DNA of 64,000 nucleotides from Planctomycetota bacterium (GTDB lineage: Bacteria > Planctomycetota > UBA1135 > UBA2386): the NCBI GenBank assembly GCA_046290465.1, contig JBKAGP010000001.1:4928001-4992000 (forward strand), written 5' to 3'. Numbering within the stretch: position 1 is the stretch's first letter; each line of letters begins with the position of its first letter. Shown here piece after piece: positions 25,438 to 35,244 of this stretch. The position numbers were made by a program, and so were the translations under genes. The notes below the pieces were generated by a model, which saw only the letters and a list, made by a program, of their open reading frames with translations, ran no database searches and was not told where the DNA came from.

Positions 25438-26013
25438 ATGACGACGCGCCTCCTCGTGATCCCCGGCTCGACCCGCACCGCGGCCTTCTCCAAGCAACTC
25501 GCCAAGGCGGCCGCGATGTCGCTGCCCGACGGCGTCGAAGCCACGGTCGTCGACCTGCGCGAGTTCGAGATGCCGCTCTACGACGGCGACCTCGAAGAGC
25601 GCGACGGCCTGCCGGAGGGCGCCGTGCGGTTGCGCGATCAGGTCAAGGCGCACGACGCCGTGCTGTTCGTGTCGCCCGAGTACAACGCCTCGATCCCGGC
25701 CGTGCTGAAGAACGCGATCGACTGGGTCTCGCGGCCGCACGCCGCCGAGCCGGGCGTCGCTGCCTGGGCCGGCAAGGTCGCCGGCCTGATGGCCAGTTCG
25801 CCGGGGGCGCTGGGTGGCCTGCGCGGCCTGGCACACCTGCGGCAGATCCTGATGAACGTCGGCATGCAGGTCGTGACCGAGCAGTTTGCGCTCGGTGGGG
25901 CCCACGAGGCGTTCGGCGAGGACGGTTCGTTGGCAGGGGAGCGTCAGCAGGCGGGCGTCGACAAAGTCGTGGCCAGCGTCGTGCGGATGTCCCGGGCCCT
26001 CGCTGGTTCGTAG
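25438..26013 (+). CDS. NADPH-dependent FMN reductase (ChrR/YieF-like)
   Basis: GSTR, SPEYNASIPAVLKNAIDWVSR, SPGALGG. Confidence 0.93.
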   Translation: MTTRLLVIPGSTRTAAFSKQLAKAAAMSLPDGVEATVVDLREFEMPLYDGDLEERDGLPEGAVRLRDQVKAHDAVLFVSPEYNASIPAVLKNAIDWVSRPHAAEPGVAAWAGKVAGLMASSPGALGGLRGLAHLRQILMNVGMQVVTEQFALGGAHEAFGEDGSLAGERQQAGVDKVVASVVRMSRALAGS

Positions 26014-26046
26014 CGTGCCGGGCTGGTGGTCCGGCCGGATCGTGGC

Positions 26047-26075
26047 TTGACGAACCACAGATTTAGAACTAGTCT
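26047..26075 (+). promoter_or_regulatory. Sigma70-type promoter TTGACG-N17-TAGTCT, probably leaderless transcript of the Fur/PerR gene
   Basis: Hexamers with 17-bp spacing. ATG lies 6 nt after the -10. Confidence 0.7.
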
Positions 26076-26077
26076 AA
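26063..26077. promoter_or_regulatory. PerR/FurA-type box TTAGA-N5-TCTAA (1)
   Basis: ttagaactagtctaa, overlapping the -10. Confidence 0.8.
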
Positions 26078-26081
26078 CAGC

Positions 26082-26498
26082 ATGAGCGATCGCATTCCGC
26101 ACGCCGAGCTGGTGGACCGCTTGGTCCGCAACGACATCCGCCCCTCCGCGCAGCGGCTGGCGATCGCGGAATACGTTCTCGACACGACGGAGCACCCGAC
26201 CGCTGACCAGGTCTTCCGCACCGTGACCGAGCGACACCCGGCGGTCTCGCGCGCGACCGTCTACAACACCCTGCAGACCTTCGTCGAGAAGGGGCTGCTG
26301 CGCGCGCTGGTGCTCGCCGAAGGCAGCGTCGCCTACGACCCGAACAACGAGCGGCACCACCACTTCGTCGACGACGAGACCGGTGTCATCGAAGACATTC
26401 CGTGGTCGGCCATCAAGGTCGGCCGCGTCGACCACCTCGACGACTTCGACGTGCGCGAGTTCTCGGTCGTCGTGCGCGGCACCCGCAAGAGCGGCTGA
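26082..26498 (+). CDS. Fur-family regulator, PerR/Irr-like, cysteine-free
   Basis: HPTADQV, SRATVYNTL, HHHFVD. Adjacent to dps. Confidence 0.9.
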   Translation: MSDRIPHAELVDRLVRNDIRPSAQRLAIAEYVLDTTEHPTADQVFRTVTERHPAVSRATVYNTLQTFVEKGLLRALVLAEGSVAYDPNNERHHHFVDDETGVIEDIPWSAIKVGRVDHLDDFDVREFSVVVRGTRKSG

Positions 26499-26543
26499 GT
26501 CGAACCCCTCCCGATCATCACCTTCCATCGCGACCTACCCTGA

Positions 26544-26562
26544 AATTAGACTCTGTCTAATT
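26544..26562. promoter_or_regulatory. PerR/FurA-type box AATTAGAC-TCT-GTCTAATT (2), upstream of dps
   Basis: Perfect 8-3-8 dyad sharing the TTAGA-N5-TCTAA core with box 1. Confidence 0.82.
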
Positions 26563-26578
26563 CGTTGAAGAGGACATC

Positions 26579-27049
26579 ATGAAGAGCCCGAGCAACCTTC
26601 CCCCGGAGACCCGCAACCAGATCAGCCAGGCCCTGCTGCCCGTGCTGGTCGACGGCCTCGACCTGCATTCGCAGATCAAGGTCGCGCACTGGAACATCAA
26701 GGGCCCGCAGTTCGCAGCGCTGCACCCGCTGTTCGACCAGTTCGCCACCGACCTGGCGCTGCAGAACGACGAACTCGCCGAGCGCATCCTGACGCTCGGC
26801 AGCCAGGCCGTCGGCACCGCCCGGCACGTCGCCGCGAACTCGCGTCTGTCGGACTACCCGCAGGACGTCACCCGCGACATGGAGCACGTGTCGCTGCTCG
26901 CCGACCGCATCGGTGCCTACCTCGACGGCGCGCGCGCCGCGCGCAAGACGGCCGAAGAGCACGGCGACGACGAGTCGGTCGACGCGCTGACCGCGATCAT
27001 CACCCAGTTCGAGAAGCACGCGTGGTTCCTGCACGCGTCGCTGGGCTAA
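26579..27049 (+). CDS. dps: DNA starvation/stationary phase protection protein (mini-ferritin)
   Basis: AHWNIKGPQFAALHPLFD…DELAERI…EKHAWFL. Confidence 0.96.
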   Translation: MKSPSNLPPETRNQISQALLPVLVDGLDLHSQIKVAHWNIKGPQFAALHPLFDQFATDLALQNDELAERILTLGSQAVGTARHVAANSRLSDYPQDVTRDMEHVSLLADRIGAYLDGARAARKTAEEHGDDESVDALTAIITQFEKHAWFLHASLG

Positions 27050-27116
27050 CGGCCAGATTCCGGGGCGGCGGCGGCTTCTGGCTTCCGTCTGCTGCGGCGC
27101 GCGGCAGCATGGCCGG

Positions 27117-29435
27117 ATGAACCGCATCGTCTGCATGTTGCTGGTCGCGTCGATCGCGGCCCCGATCGCCGCGCAGGGTTCGGCCGCCGACTACCGGCGC
27201 GCCACCGGCAACCTGCGTCGGTGGGCCGGCGCGGCCAGGCGCTTCGATCCGGCGGTGCGCTGGCTGTCCGACGGCGGCGTGCTGTGGTTCGAGACCGGGC
27301 GCGGCGAGGCGCGGCGGTTCGTGCGGGTCGAGCCCGACGGCACCGTTCGCCGTTCGCGCTCGGCGGCCGATCTCGGCATCGGCGACGAGGAACGCACGCT
27401 GCAGCCGAAGGCGGACTGGTCGCGCAGCGCACGCTCCGACCGCGCAGCCACCGTGACGTTCGAGAACCGGCTGCGGCGCAAGGTCCGGTTGTTCTGGATC
27501 GACGGCCGCGGCGCTCCGCGGCAGTACGGCGAGATCGCGCCCGGCAAGCGGGTCACGCAGTCGACCTTCGTCGGGCACGCCTGGATCGCCGACTACGGGC
27601 GTGACGACGTGGTCGGGTCGTTCGTGGTCGAGCCCGGCAGGTGCCTGGCCGTGTTCGACGAGGCATCGCGCGCGCGCGTGAACGGGACGCGCGAGGCACC
27701 GCGGAACGGTCGCTCCAACAACGCGCGCCTGTCGATCCGTGCGCACGATGTCTGGTGGACGCCGCGCGGCGGCGAGCCGCGGCGGCTGACCGACGACGGC
27801 AGCGCCGAGGACGGCTACCGGCGGCCGCGGCACCGGTCGCCAGACGGCCGGCGGGCGCTGGGATTCCGGGTCGCGCCGGGCGAGGAGCACCTGGTGCACT
27901 TCGTCGAGTCGTCGCCGCGCGACCGCGTGCAGCCGAAGCTGCACGCGCGCAACTACCAGAAACCCGGTGACCGCATCGATCGACCGCGGCCGGTGCTGTT
28001 CGACATCGAGAACGGCGCGCGCATTCCGGTCGACGAGGCGCCGTTCGCCGACGCGTGGCGGATCGATCGCGTGCACTGGGCCGCCGACAGCAGCGAGGTG
28101 TTCGTGCTCTACAACCGGCGCGGCCACCAGCAGCTCAGCGTCTACGGCATCGACGCCGCCACCGGCGCCGTCCGCGTCGTCGTCGACGAGCGGAGCAAGA
28201 CGTTCGTCGACTACTCGCAGAAGACCTGGATGCACTGGCTCGCCGGCGACGAGCAGCTGCTCTGGGCCAGCGAACGCGACGGCTGGAACCACCTCTACCT
28301 GGTCGACGTCGCGAGCGGCGCTGCCCGGCAGGTCACCAAGGGCGAGTGGCTGGTGCGTCGGGTCGAGCGCGTCGACGAACCGGCGCGGCAGATCTGGTTC
28401 ACCGCCTACGGCATCCACGCGGGCCAGGATCCCTACCACGCACACCTCGCCCGCATCGACTTCGACGGCTCCAACCTGACGGTGTTGACGCAGTCGGACG
28501 GCGACCACCGCTGGCAGTTGTCGCCCGACCGTCGCTGGTTCGTCGCGCGGTGGTCGCGCGTCGACCATCCGTGGGTCACCGAACTGCGCCGCAGCAGCGA
28601 CGGCAAACTGGTCGCCGAGCTGGGGCGCGACGACGTGCAGCCGCTGCTCGACCTCGGCTTCCGCCCGCCCGAGCGCTTCGTCGCCAAGGGGCGGGACGGC
28701 GAGACCGACATCCACGGCGTGCTGATCCTGCCGTCGAACTTCGACCCGAAGCGGCGCTATCCGGTGCTCGAGGACATCTACGCGGGGCCCCACGACCACT
28801 TCGTGCCCAAGCGCTGGGGGCTCGGCGCGCGGCAGCGAAAGCTCGCCGAGCTGGGCTTCGTGGTGGTGCGCATCGACGGCATGGGGACCAACTGGCGCAG
28901 CCGCGCGTTCCACGACGTCTGCTGGCGCAACCTCAAGGACAGCGGCTTTCCGGATCGCATCCTGTGGCTGCGTGAGGCGGCCAGCACCCGGCCCTACCTC
29001 GACCTCGATCGCGTCGGCATCTTCGGCGGCAGCGCCGGCGGCCAGAGCACGCTCGCCGGGCTGCTGCACCACGGCGACTTCTACCGCGCCGGCGTCTCCG
29101 ACTGCGGCTGCCACGACAACCGCATGGACAAGATCTGGTGGAACGAGGCGTGGATGGGGTGGCCGGTGGGGCCCTGGTACGCCGACAGCTCCAACGTCAC
29201 CCACGCCGGCAAGCTGCGTGGAAAGCTGATGCTGACGGTCGGCGAGATGGACCGCAACGTCGACCCGGCGTCGACCATGCAGGTCGTCGACGCGCTGATC
29301 CGGGCCGACAAGGACTTCGATCTGGTCGTCGTGCCCGGCGGCGGCCATGGCGTCGGCGAGTCGTCGTATCTCGTGCGTCGTCGGCAGGACTTCTTCGTGC
29401 GGCACCTGATGGGGGTCGAACCTCGCCATCGATGA
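27117..29435 (+). CDS. Secreted S9 (DPP-IV-like) peptidase with inserted VHL beta-like domain
   Basis: Signal peptide, IYAGP, nucleophile GGSAGG, D(RNV), GGGH. VTFEN…LFWID…QYGEI…STFVGHAW insert. Confidence 0.9.
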   Translation: MNRIVCMLLVASIAAPIAAQGSAADYRRATGNLRRWAGAARRFDPAVRWLSDGGVLWFETGRGEARRFVRVEPDGTVRRSRSAADLGIGDEERTLQPKADWSRSARSDRAATVTFENRLRRKVRLFWIDGRGAPRQYGEIAPGKRVTQSTFVGHAWIADYGRDDVVGSFVVEPGRCLAVFDEASRARVNGTREAPRNGRSNNARLSIRAHDVWWTPRGGEPRRLTDDGSAEDGYRRPRHRSPDGRRALGFRVAPGEEHLVHFVESSPRDRVQPKLHARNYQKPGDRIDRPRPVLFDIENGARIPVDEAPFADAWRIDRVHWAADSSEVFVLYNRRGHQQLSVYGIDAATGAVRVVVDERSKTFVDYSQKTWMHWLAGDEQLLWASERDGWNHLYLVDVASGAARQVTKGEWLVRRVERVDEPARQIWFTAYGIHAGQDPYHAHLARIDFDGSNLTVLTQSDGDHRWQLSPDRRWFVARWSRVDHPWVTELRRSSDGKLVAELGRDDVQPLLDLGFRPPERFVAKGRDGETDIHGVLILPSNFDPKRRYPVLEDIYAGPHDHFVPKRWGLGARQRKLAELGFVVVRIDGMGTNWRSRAFHDVCWRNLKDSGFPDRILWLREAASTRPYLDLDRVGIFGGSAGGQSTLAGLLHHGDFYRAGVSDCGCHDNRMDKIWWNEAWMGWPVGPWYADSSNVTHAGKLRGKLMLTVGEMDRNVDPASTMQVVDALIRADKDFDLVVVPGGGHGVGESSYLVRRRQDFFVRHLMGVEPRHR

Positions 29436-29463
29436 GCGGATGGCCGCCTGCTATGCTGCGCCG

Positions 29464-31965
29464 ATGCGGCGCACTCGCCATGCGCTCGCGAGCATGCTCG
29501 TCCTCACCCAGCTCGCGGCCGCCCAACAGTCCCCGTCCACGCCCCCGTGGATCGATGTGCTCGAACGGCGCCTGGCCGAGACGCCGGCAGGGTCGGTCGG
29601 CTGGTACCGGCTGTCGCTCGCGCGGATCGCCGCCATCGCCGACCGCGACCTCGCCGACGCGACGCGCGCGGCCGAACGGCTGTGGCAGCAGGCTGGTAAA
29701 GGCGGGCCGGTCGGGGTGCGGGAGGCCGCCGCGGCCTGGGCGGCACTGACGTCGACCATCGTCGAGGGGCCGGTCGCCGCCAGCCGATGGCGCGAACGTG
29801 CGAGCGAGCCGCCGCCCGAGGCGGATCCGTGGCTGCAGGCGGACTACTACCTGACCCGTTCGCGGACCTGCGGCGCGCTCTGGGAGGAGGGCGAGGCGTT
29901 GCGGCACGCGGTGCGCGGCCAGGAGTTCGCGGAGCGTAGCGACGACTGGCTGATCCGCGGGCGCGCGGCGCTGCTGACCCTGCACACGACGCCGTCGCGC
30001 CGGATCGAGGACGTGCGCGCGCTGTTCGCGCGCGCGCGCGCGGCGGGCGCCGACGCCGAGGTCGACGCCTTGGCGCCGCTGCTGCTGCTGGCCGAGGCCG
30101 ACTACCACGAACTGCAGGGCGACTACGCCGGCGCCCGCCGCCTGCTCGCCGAAGCCGCACCGCTCGCGGCCGCGCAGGGCAACATGCGGGTGTCCGCCCG
30201 GATCGCCGCGTCGCTGGCGGCGTTCGCCATCCACGACCCCGACGCGGCCGAGGGCGAGCAGGCACGCGAGCTGATGGCGGCGGCGCAGCAGCGGTTCGAG
30301 GACTACGGCAACCGCCTCGGGGTGCTGTTCGCGATCGACCAGCAGGCCGAGCTGGCGATCGTCGGCGACGACCTCGAAGGCGCGCGTGCGCTGATCGAAC
30401 AGCAGGTGCAGCTGCTCGAAGGCCGCGGTTGGCGGATGGCGGAGCGCGACGCGCTGATCACGCAGTTCAACCTGGCGATCAAGGAGCACGACGGCCCGCG
30501 CGCCGACGACCTGTCGCGGCAACTCGACGAGTTCCTGCCCGAGGAGGCCCGCATCGAGTCCGGGTTGCTCAGCGTGCAGGAGCGGGTAGCCAAGGCCGAA
30601 CGCGCCCGCGGCGACATGCAGCGCAAGCTCGAACGGCAGCAGCTGGCGTTGGCCGAGCAGGCCAACTCGGTCTGGATGTGGGGGGCGATCGCCGGCGTGT
30701 TCGGTCTCGGCGCGGTCCTGGCGGTCTCGTGGCTCGGTCGACGCCGCCTGCTGCGCGCCAACCTGCAGCTCGGCGAGAAGATCGTGCAGCTCGAGGAGAC
30801 GCGCAGCGCCAAGGGCAAGCTCGAGGAACGCATGCGGCAGATGGAGCGGACCGAGGGACTCGGGACGCTCGCCGCCGGTGTCGCCCACGACTTCAACAAC
30901 CTGCTGACCAGCATGATCGGCGGCGCCGAGATGCTGCGCGCGCGGCACGTCGACGTCGAGAGCCAGGAGCTTGCCGAGATGATCCTGTCGGCCGGCCAGC
31001 AGGGGTCGCGGCTCTGCCGCCAGCTGCAGTCGTATTCGGGCGGCGTCGCGCTCGAGCGAGCGCCGCTCGACGTCAAGGCGGTCATCGAGGAGATGCTGCC
31101 GACGCTGGCTGCGTCGACCCGAGGCCGGGTCGCGGTGCGGGTTGCGCCGCGTGCGCCGTCGTTGGTGGTGCAGCTGGACCGGGCGCAGTTCGAGCAGATC
31201 CTGCTGAACCTGGTGCAGAACTCGGCGGAGGCCGGGGCGCGCAACGTGACGGTGGCGATCGAGGACGCCGAGGCCGCCAGCTGCCCGAGCGAGACGTTGT
31301 CGGGACGCGTCGCTCGCCTGCGCGTCGTCGACGACGGTCGCGGCATGACCAAGGAGGTCGTGACCCGCATCTTCGATCCGTTCTTCACGACCAAGTTCCC
31401 GGGCCGCGGGCTCGGGCTCGCGGTGGTGTTCGGCGGCATCAAGCGGCACGGCGGCAGCGTGCAGGTGGTGTCGTCGGTCGACGGTGGCACCCGCTTCACG
31501 ATCGAACTGCCGCTGGTCGAGGGCGACGTCGTCGCGGCGGTGGCTGGCGAGGCTTCGACCCCGCGCGGCGACCAGCCGATCGCTAAAACGGTGATCGTCG
31601 TCGACGACGAGGCGATCGTGCGCAAGGCGATGGCGAGCATGCTGGCCAGCCTCGACTGCGCCGCGCACGCGTTCGAAGGCGGCGACGCGGCGTTGGCGTT
31701 CGTCGCGTCGATGGCCGATCGGCGCGGGGTCGTCGCGATCGTCGACCTGACGATGCCGGGCATGGACGGCGAGGAGGTCGTGCGGCGCCTGCGCGAACTC
31801 GACGGCTCGCTGCCGATCGTGTTGATGAGCGGCCACGACGACGAGTACGTCGAGGAGCAGGCGCGCACGCTGTCGGTCGACCACGTGCTGATCAAGCCGT
31901 TCCTGGTCGGTGAGGTTCGCGACGTGCTGCAGCGCGTCGCGGATCGGGTGCAGCTGCCGCGCTGA
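29464..31965 (+). CDS. Hybrid sensor histidine kinase with receiver domain
   Basis: AHDFNNLL H-box, LNLVQNS, DDGRGM, FDPFFTTK, GLGL. Receiver VVDDE…DLTMPGMDG…KPF. Confidence 0.93.
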   Translation: MRRTRHALASMLVLTQLAAAQQSPSTPPWIDVLERRLAETPAGSVGWYRLSLARIAAIADRDLADATRAAERLWQQAGKGGPVGVREAAAAWAALTSTIVEGPVAASRWRERASEPPPEADPWLQADYYLTRSRTCGALWEEGEALRHAVRGQEFAERSDDWLIRGRAALLTLHTTPSRRIEDVRALFARARAAGADAEVDALAPLLLLAEADYHELQGDYAGARRLLAEAAPLAAAQGNMRVSARIAASLAAFAIHDPDAAEGEQARELMAAAQQRFEDYGNRLGVLFAIDQQAELAIVGDDLEGARALIEQQVQLLEGRGWRMAERDALITQFNLAIKEHDGPRADDLSRQLDEFLPEEARIESGLLSVQERVAKAERARGDMQRKLERQQLALAEQANSVWMWGAIAGVFGLGAVLAVSWLGRRRLLRANLQLGEKIVQLEETRSAKGKLEERMRQMERTEGLGTLAAGVAHDFNNLLTSMIGGAEMLRARHVDVESQELAEMILSAGQQGSRLCRQLQSYSGGVALERAPLDVKAVIEEMLPTLAASTRGRVAVRVAPRAPSLVVQLDRAQFEQILLNLVQNSAEAGARNVTVAIEDAEAASCPSETLSGRVARLRVVDDGRGMTKEVVTRIFDPFFTTKFPGRGLGLAVVFGGIKRHGGSVQVVSSVDGGTRFTIELPLVEGDVVAAVAGEASTPRGDQPIAKTVIVVDDEAIVRKAMASMLASLDCAAHAFEGGDAALAFVASMADRRGVVAIVDLTMPGMDGEEVVRRLRELDGSLPIVLMSGHDDEYVEEQARTLSVDHVLIKPFLVGEVRDVLQRVADRVQLPR

Positions 31966-31984
31966 CGGGCGCTACGCTGCGCGC

Positions 31985-33022
31985 ATGGCAAGCATGCGCT
32001 GCGTGGTCGTGCGGGAGCACGGCGGCTTCGACCGGCTGCTCCACGAAGAACGTGACGTGCCCGAGCCGCAGGCGGGGCAGGTCCGCGTGCGGATGCGCGC
32101 GATCGGGCTCAACCACCTCGACACGTGGGTGCGTCGCGGCGTGCCGGGCCACACGTTTCCGCTGCCTCTGGTCTGCAGCAGCGACGGCAGCGGCGTGGTC
32201 GACGCGGTCGGGCGCGGCGTGGCCCAGGTGCGGGAAGGCGACGAGGTCGTGGTGCTGCCGGGCGTCTCGTGCGGCGCGTGCGAACCGTGCCAGACGGGCG
32301 TCGACCAGCTCTGCCGCCACTACGACATCCTCGGCGAGAGCTGTGACGGCACCGCGATGGAGTTCGTCTGCCTGCCGGTCGCCAACGTCGCGCCGAAGCC
32401 CCGCGGGCTCGACATGGCCGAGGCCGCGTCGGTCGGTCTGGTGTTCCAGACCGCCTGGAACATGCTCGTCCGGCGCGCCGAGCTGCGCGCCGGCGAGACG
32501 GTGCTGGTGCATGCCGGCCTGTCCGGGGTCGGTTCGGCGGCGGTGCAGATCGCCGCGGCGCTCGGTGCGCAGGTGATCGCGACGGCCGGCGGAGCCGCCA
32601 AGTGCCAGCGCGTCGCCGCGCTCGGCGCCCACCACGTGATCGACTACCAGGCGACCGACTTCGCGACCGAGGTGCGCCAACTGACCGGCAAGGCCGGGGT
32701 GCAGGTCGTGTTCGAGCACGTCGGCGAGGCGACGTGGTCCGGGTCGATGAAGTGCCTCGCGCGCGGCGGGCGGGTCGTCACCTGCGGTGCGACCACCGGC
32801 GGCAACGTGCCGATGTCGCTGCACCAGGTGTTCTTCAAGAGCCTGTCGATCCTCGGCTCGACGATGGGCAGCAAGGGCGACCTGCGGCAGATCCTGCGCA
32901 TGTTCGATCAGGGCCGCTTCCGCGCGGTGCTCGACCGTTCGCTGCCGATGGCGGAGGTCGCCGAGGCGCACCGGCTGCTCGAAGCGCGCGAGGCGATGGG
33001 CAAGGTCGTGCTGACGGTCTGA
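31985..33022 (+). CDS. Zinc-binding (MDR) dehydrogenase / quinone oxidoreductase
   Basis: NHLD, CGACEPC…C structural Zn, AGLSGVG, GSTMG. Confidence 0.9.
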   Translation: MASMRCVVVREHGGFDRLLHEERDVPEPQAGQVRVRMRAIGLNHLDTWVRRGVPGHTFPLPLVCSSDGSGVVDAVGRGVAQVREGDEVVVLPGVSCGACEPCQTGVDQLCRHYDILGESCDGTAMEFVCLPVANVAPKPRGLDMAEAASVGLVFQTAWNMLVRRAELRAGETVLVHAGLSGVGSAAVQIAAALGAQVIATAGGAAKCQRVAALGAHHVIDYQATDFATEVRQLTGKAGVQVVFEHVGEATWSGSMKCLARGGRVVTCGATTGGNVPMSLHQVFFKSLSILGSTMGSKGDLRQILRMFDQGRFRAVLDRSLPMAEVAEAHRLLEAREAMGKVVLTV

Positions 33023-33025
33023 GGG

Positions 33026-34645
33026 TCAGCGCGGTGGCACCGTGACGCGTGCGCCCTTGGGCAGCCGCACCGCACATCCCCGCCAGGCCGTGGCGATGCC
33101 GCGCACGTCAGCGTCGGTCGCGCCGATGCCGTACAGGTCGACGTGCGTGAGCGGCAGCGGCTGCAGGGCCTTCAGCACCGCGGAGTCGACCGACTTGCAC
33201 CATACGAGCCGCAGTTCGTGCAGGTTCGGAAGCTGCGCCAGCCGGCGAGCGGCGTCGCGATCGAGCCACTCGGAGGCTTTGAGGTCGAGTTCTTCGAGGA
33301 ACGGCTGCAGCGCGATCGTCGCCACGCAGCGGGCGGTCACGGCGGGCAGGTAGTGGCCGCGCGCGCCGATCGCATCGCGCGAACGGGGGGTGCCGCCGAG
33401 TTTCAGCGTTGTCAGCCGTTTGCCGGCGAGAATCCGGGCGAAGCGCGCGTCGTCGATCGCGGTCAGGCCGCTGATGTCGAGCGACGTCAGCTCTCCGAAT
33501 CGCTGCAGCGCGTCGAGGCCGGCGGCGTCGTAGTGATGGTTGGCGTGCAGCGACAGGCCTTTCAGGTTCGTGGGTAGCGCCTTCAGTATCGCGGTGCTGG
33601 TTCTGGGCAGGTTGCCGAGGTCCACCTTGCGAAGCCGCTTCATCGCAGCCAGCGAGCCCGCCACGTCATCCGTCAGTGAACGGCATCCATGCAGCAGGAG
33701 CGTCTCGATGGGGAGGTCGCGTAGTGCGGCGACGGCTGCGTCGGTGACGCCGACACCGTCCTGAACCGGCTGCTTCTCCTTCGGTTCCTGCCGGCCGCCG
33801 ACGAACAGGTCGTCGAACCCGGCGGCCGTCTGGCCGAGGAAGGCGCCCATGCAACCGCTCAGATCGAGGTGGCGCAGTTCGCTCAGGTTGCGCAGCAGCT
33901 TGACGTCGTCTGCGGACAGCGAGATGCAGGAAGCGAGCTCGAGGCGGCGCAGTCCAGGAAGCCGGGCGACTTCGGCGATGGCGCTGCCGTGGAACTCGCG
34001 GCAGCCCGACAGCACCAGCTCACGCAGCGACGGCAGCGTGCCGAGGCTTTCGACGGCGCTGGTCCTGATGCCGGTGTAGGAAAGGTCGAGATGCTCGAGC
34101 TGCGGGATGGCGCGCAGCTGCCCGAGGGTCTTGCCTCGAACCTGTGAACAGCCGGCCAGCGACAGCCAGCGCAGGTTGCTCAGGTTGCCGAGCTGCGAGA
34201 CGCCGGCGTCGCCGATGCGTACGCTGCGCGTGACCCCTCGCGCGTCCGGCATGCTCTTGCTCAGGTCCAGGTGGGTCAACGTGGTGAACCGGACGAGTCT
34301 GGCTACCGCGTCGTCGTCAAAGTCATAGCCACGAAGGTACTCGACGTCGGCGGGAACCGCGTCCAGCTCTGCGGGGGACTTGCACTCGTGCCACTCGATT
34401 GGCGGGGCTGGATCTGGTGCCGGATCCTGTACCGGGGTCGGGCCGCTGCGACGCGCCTCGTCGTCGTGCAGTGCGACGCCGACGGCGGCGCCGATCGCCA
34501 GCACGACCAGCGCTGCTGCCAGCCAGCGCGGCACGGCGCCGCGTGCCTCGCGGCGAACGACGTGGGGGTGTCGGTCACAGAGCACTTCGTCGAGCAGCCA
34601 GTCCAGCTGGCGTTCGCGGGCGATGTCGAGAGCAGTCGCGGTCAT
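33026..34645 (-). CDS. Membrane-anchored leucine-rich-repeat protein (putative anti-sigma)
   Basis: Short N-terminus, TM WLAAALVVLAIG, then more than 10 LxxLxLxxCxx repeats. Coupled to an ECF gene. Confidence 0.85.
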   Translation of the reverse strand: MTATALDIARERQLDWLLDEVLCDRHPHVVRREARGAVPRWLAAALVVLAIGAAVGVALHDDEARRSGPTPVQDPAPDPAPPIEWHECKSPAELDAVPADVEYLRGYDFDDDAVARLVRFTTLTHLDLSKSMPDARGVTRSVRIGDAGVSQLGNLSNLRWLSLAGCSQVRGKTLGQLRAIPQLEHLDLSYTGIRTSAVESLGTLPSLRELVLSGCREFHGSAIAEVARLPGLRRLELASCISLSADDVKLLRNLSELRHLDLSGCMGAFLGQTAAGFDDLFVGGRQEPKEKQPVQDGVGVTDAAVAALRDLPIETLLLHGCRSLTDDVAGSLAAMKRLRKVDLGNLPRTSTAILKALPTNLKGLSLHANHHYDAAGLDALQRFGELTSLDISGLTAIDDARFARILAGKRLTTLKLGGTPRSRDAIGARGHYLPAVTARCVATIALQPFLEELDLKASEWLDRDAARRLAQLPNLHELRLVWCKSVDSAVLKALQPLPLTHVDLYGIGATDADVRGIATAWRGCAVRLPKGARVTVPPR

Positions 34646-35157
34646 CGGTTCCTCCGTTCGATGCAGTCGCGCAGCGCACGGCGGGCGCGCTGCGCCAGGG
34701 TCTTGACCCCGTTGGGTTTCAGGCCGACGCGATCGGCGACGGCGTGCCAGTCGAGCCCGTCCCGGTAGTGCAGGTCGAGCGCCTGGCGCGAGCGCGGCTG
34801 CAGCTGTTCGAGGCAGCCGCGCAGCCGGTCGACGAGTTCGTCGCCGCCGTCGCGGTCGGCGGTCTCGGCCCACAGCTGGTCGACGGCGGCCGCGACCTCA
34901 CGTTCGCGGCGACGCCGCCACCAGCGCCGCGAACGCAGCCACTGGTTGCGCGCGATGCCGAGCGCGAACGCGCGCACGTCGGCGACGTCCCGCTGTGCGT
35001 CGTGGTGCGCGGCCAGCATGGTCTCCTGCGCCAGGTCGTCCGCCTCGTGGGCGGACGCGCCGAGCGCGCGCAGGTAGCGCCATACGGTCGTGTGCAGATC
35101 CACGGCGGTGCAGGAGGCTTCCGTCGGTTCGATCGCGAGGCTCGTGCCAGGGTTCAC
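34642..35157 (-). CDS. ECF sigma-70 factor
   Basis: VWRYLRALG…ADDLAQET…GIARN, LRGCLEQL…LHYRDGL…VKTLAQRARRALRDC. Confidence 0.88.
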   Translation of the reverse strand: MNPGTSLAIEPTEASCTAVDLHTTVWRYLRALGASAHEADDLAQETMLAAHHDAQRDVADVRAFALGIARNQWLRSRRWWRRRREREVAAAVDQLWAETADRDGGDELVDRLRGCLEQLQPRSRQALDLHYRDGLDWHAVADRVGLKPNGVKTLAQRARRALRDCIERRNR

Positions 35158-35244
35158 GCGGGGAGGTCGCCGCGGCCGCGCGATGCTATTCGAAAAAGAA
35201 CGGATTCCTGCACGGCGGGGCGGCCCCGCCGACATCAGCCCTGC

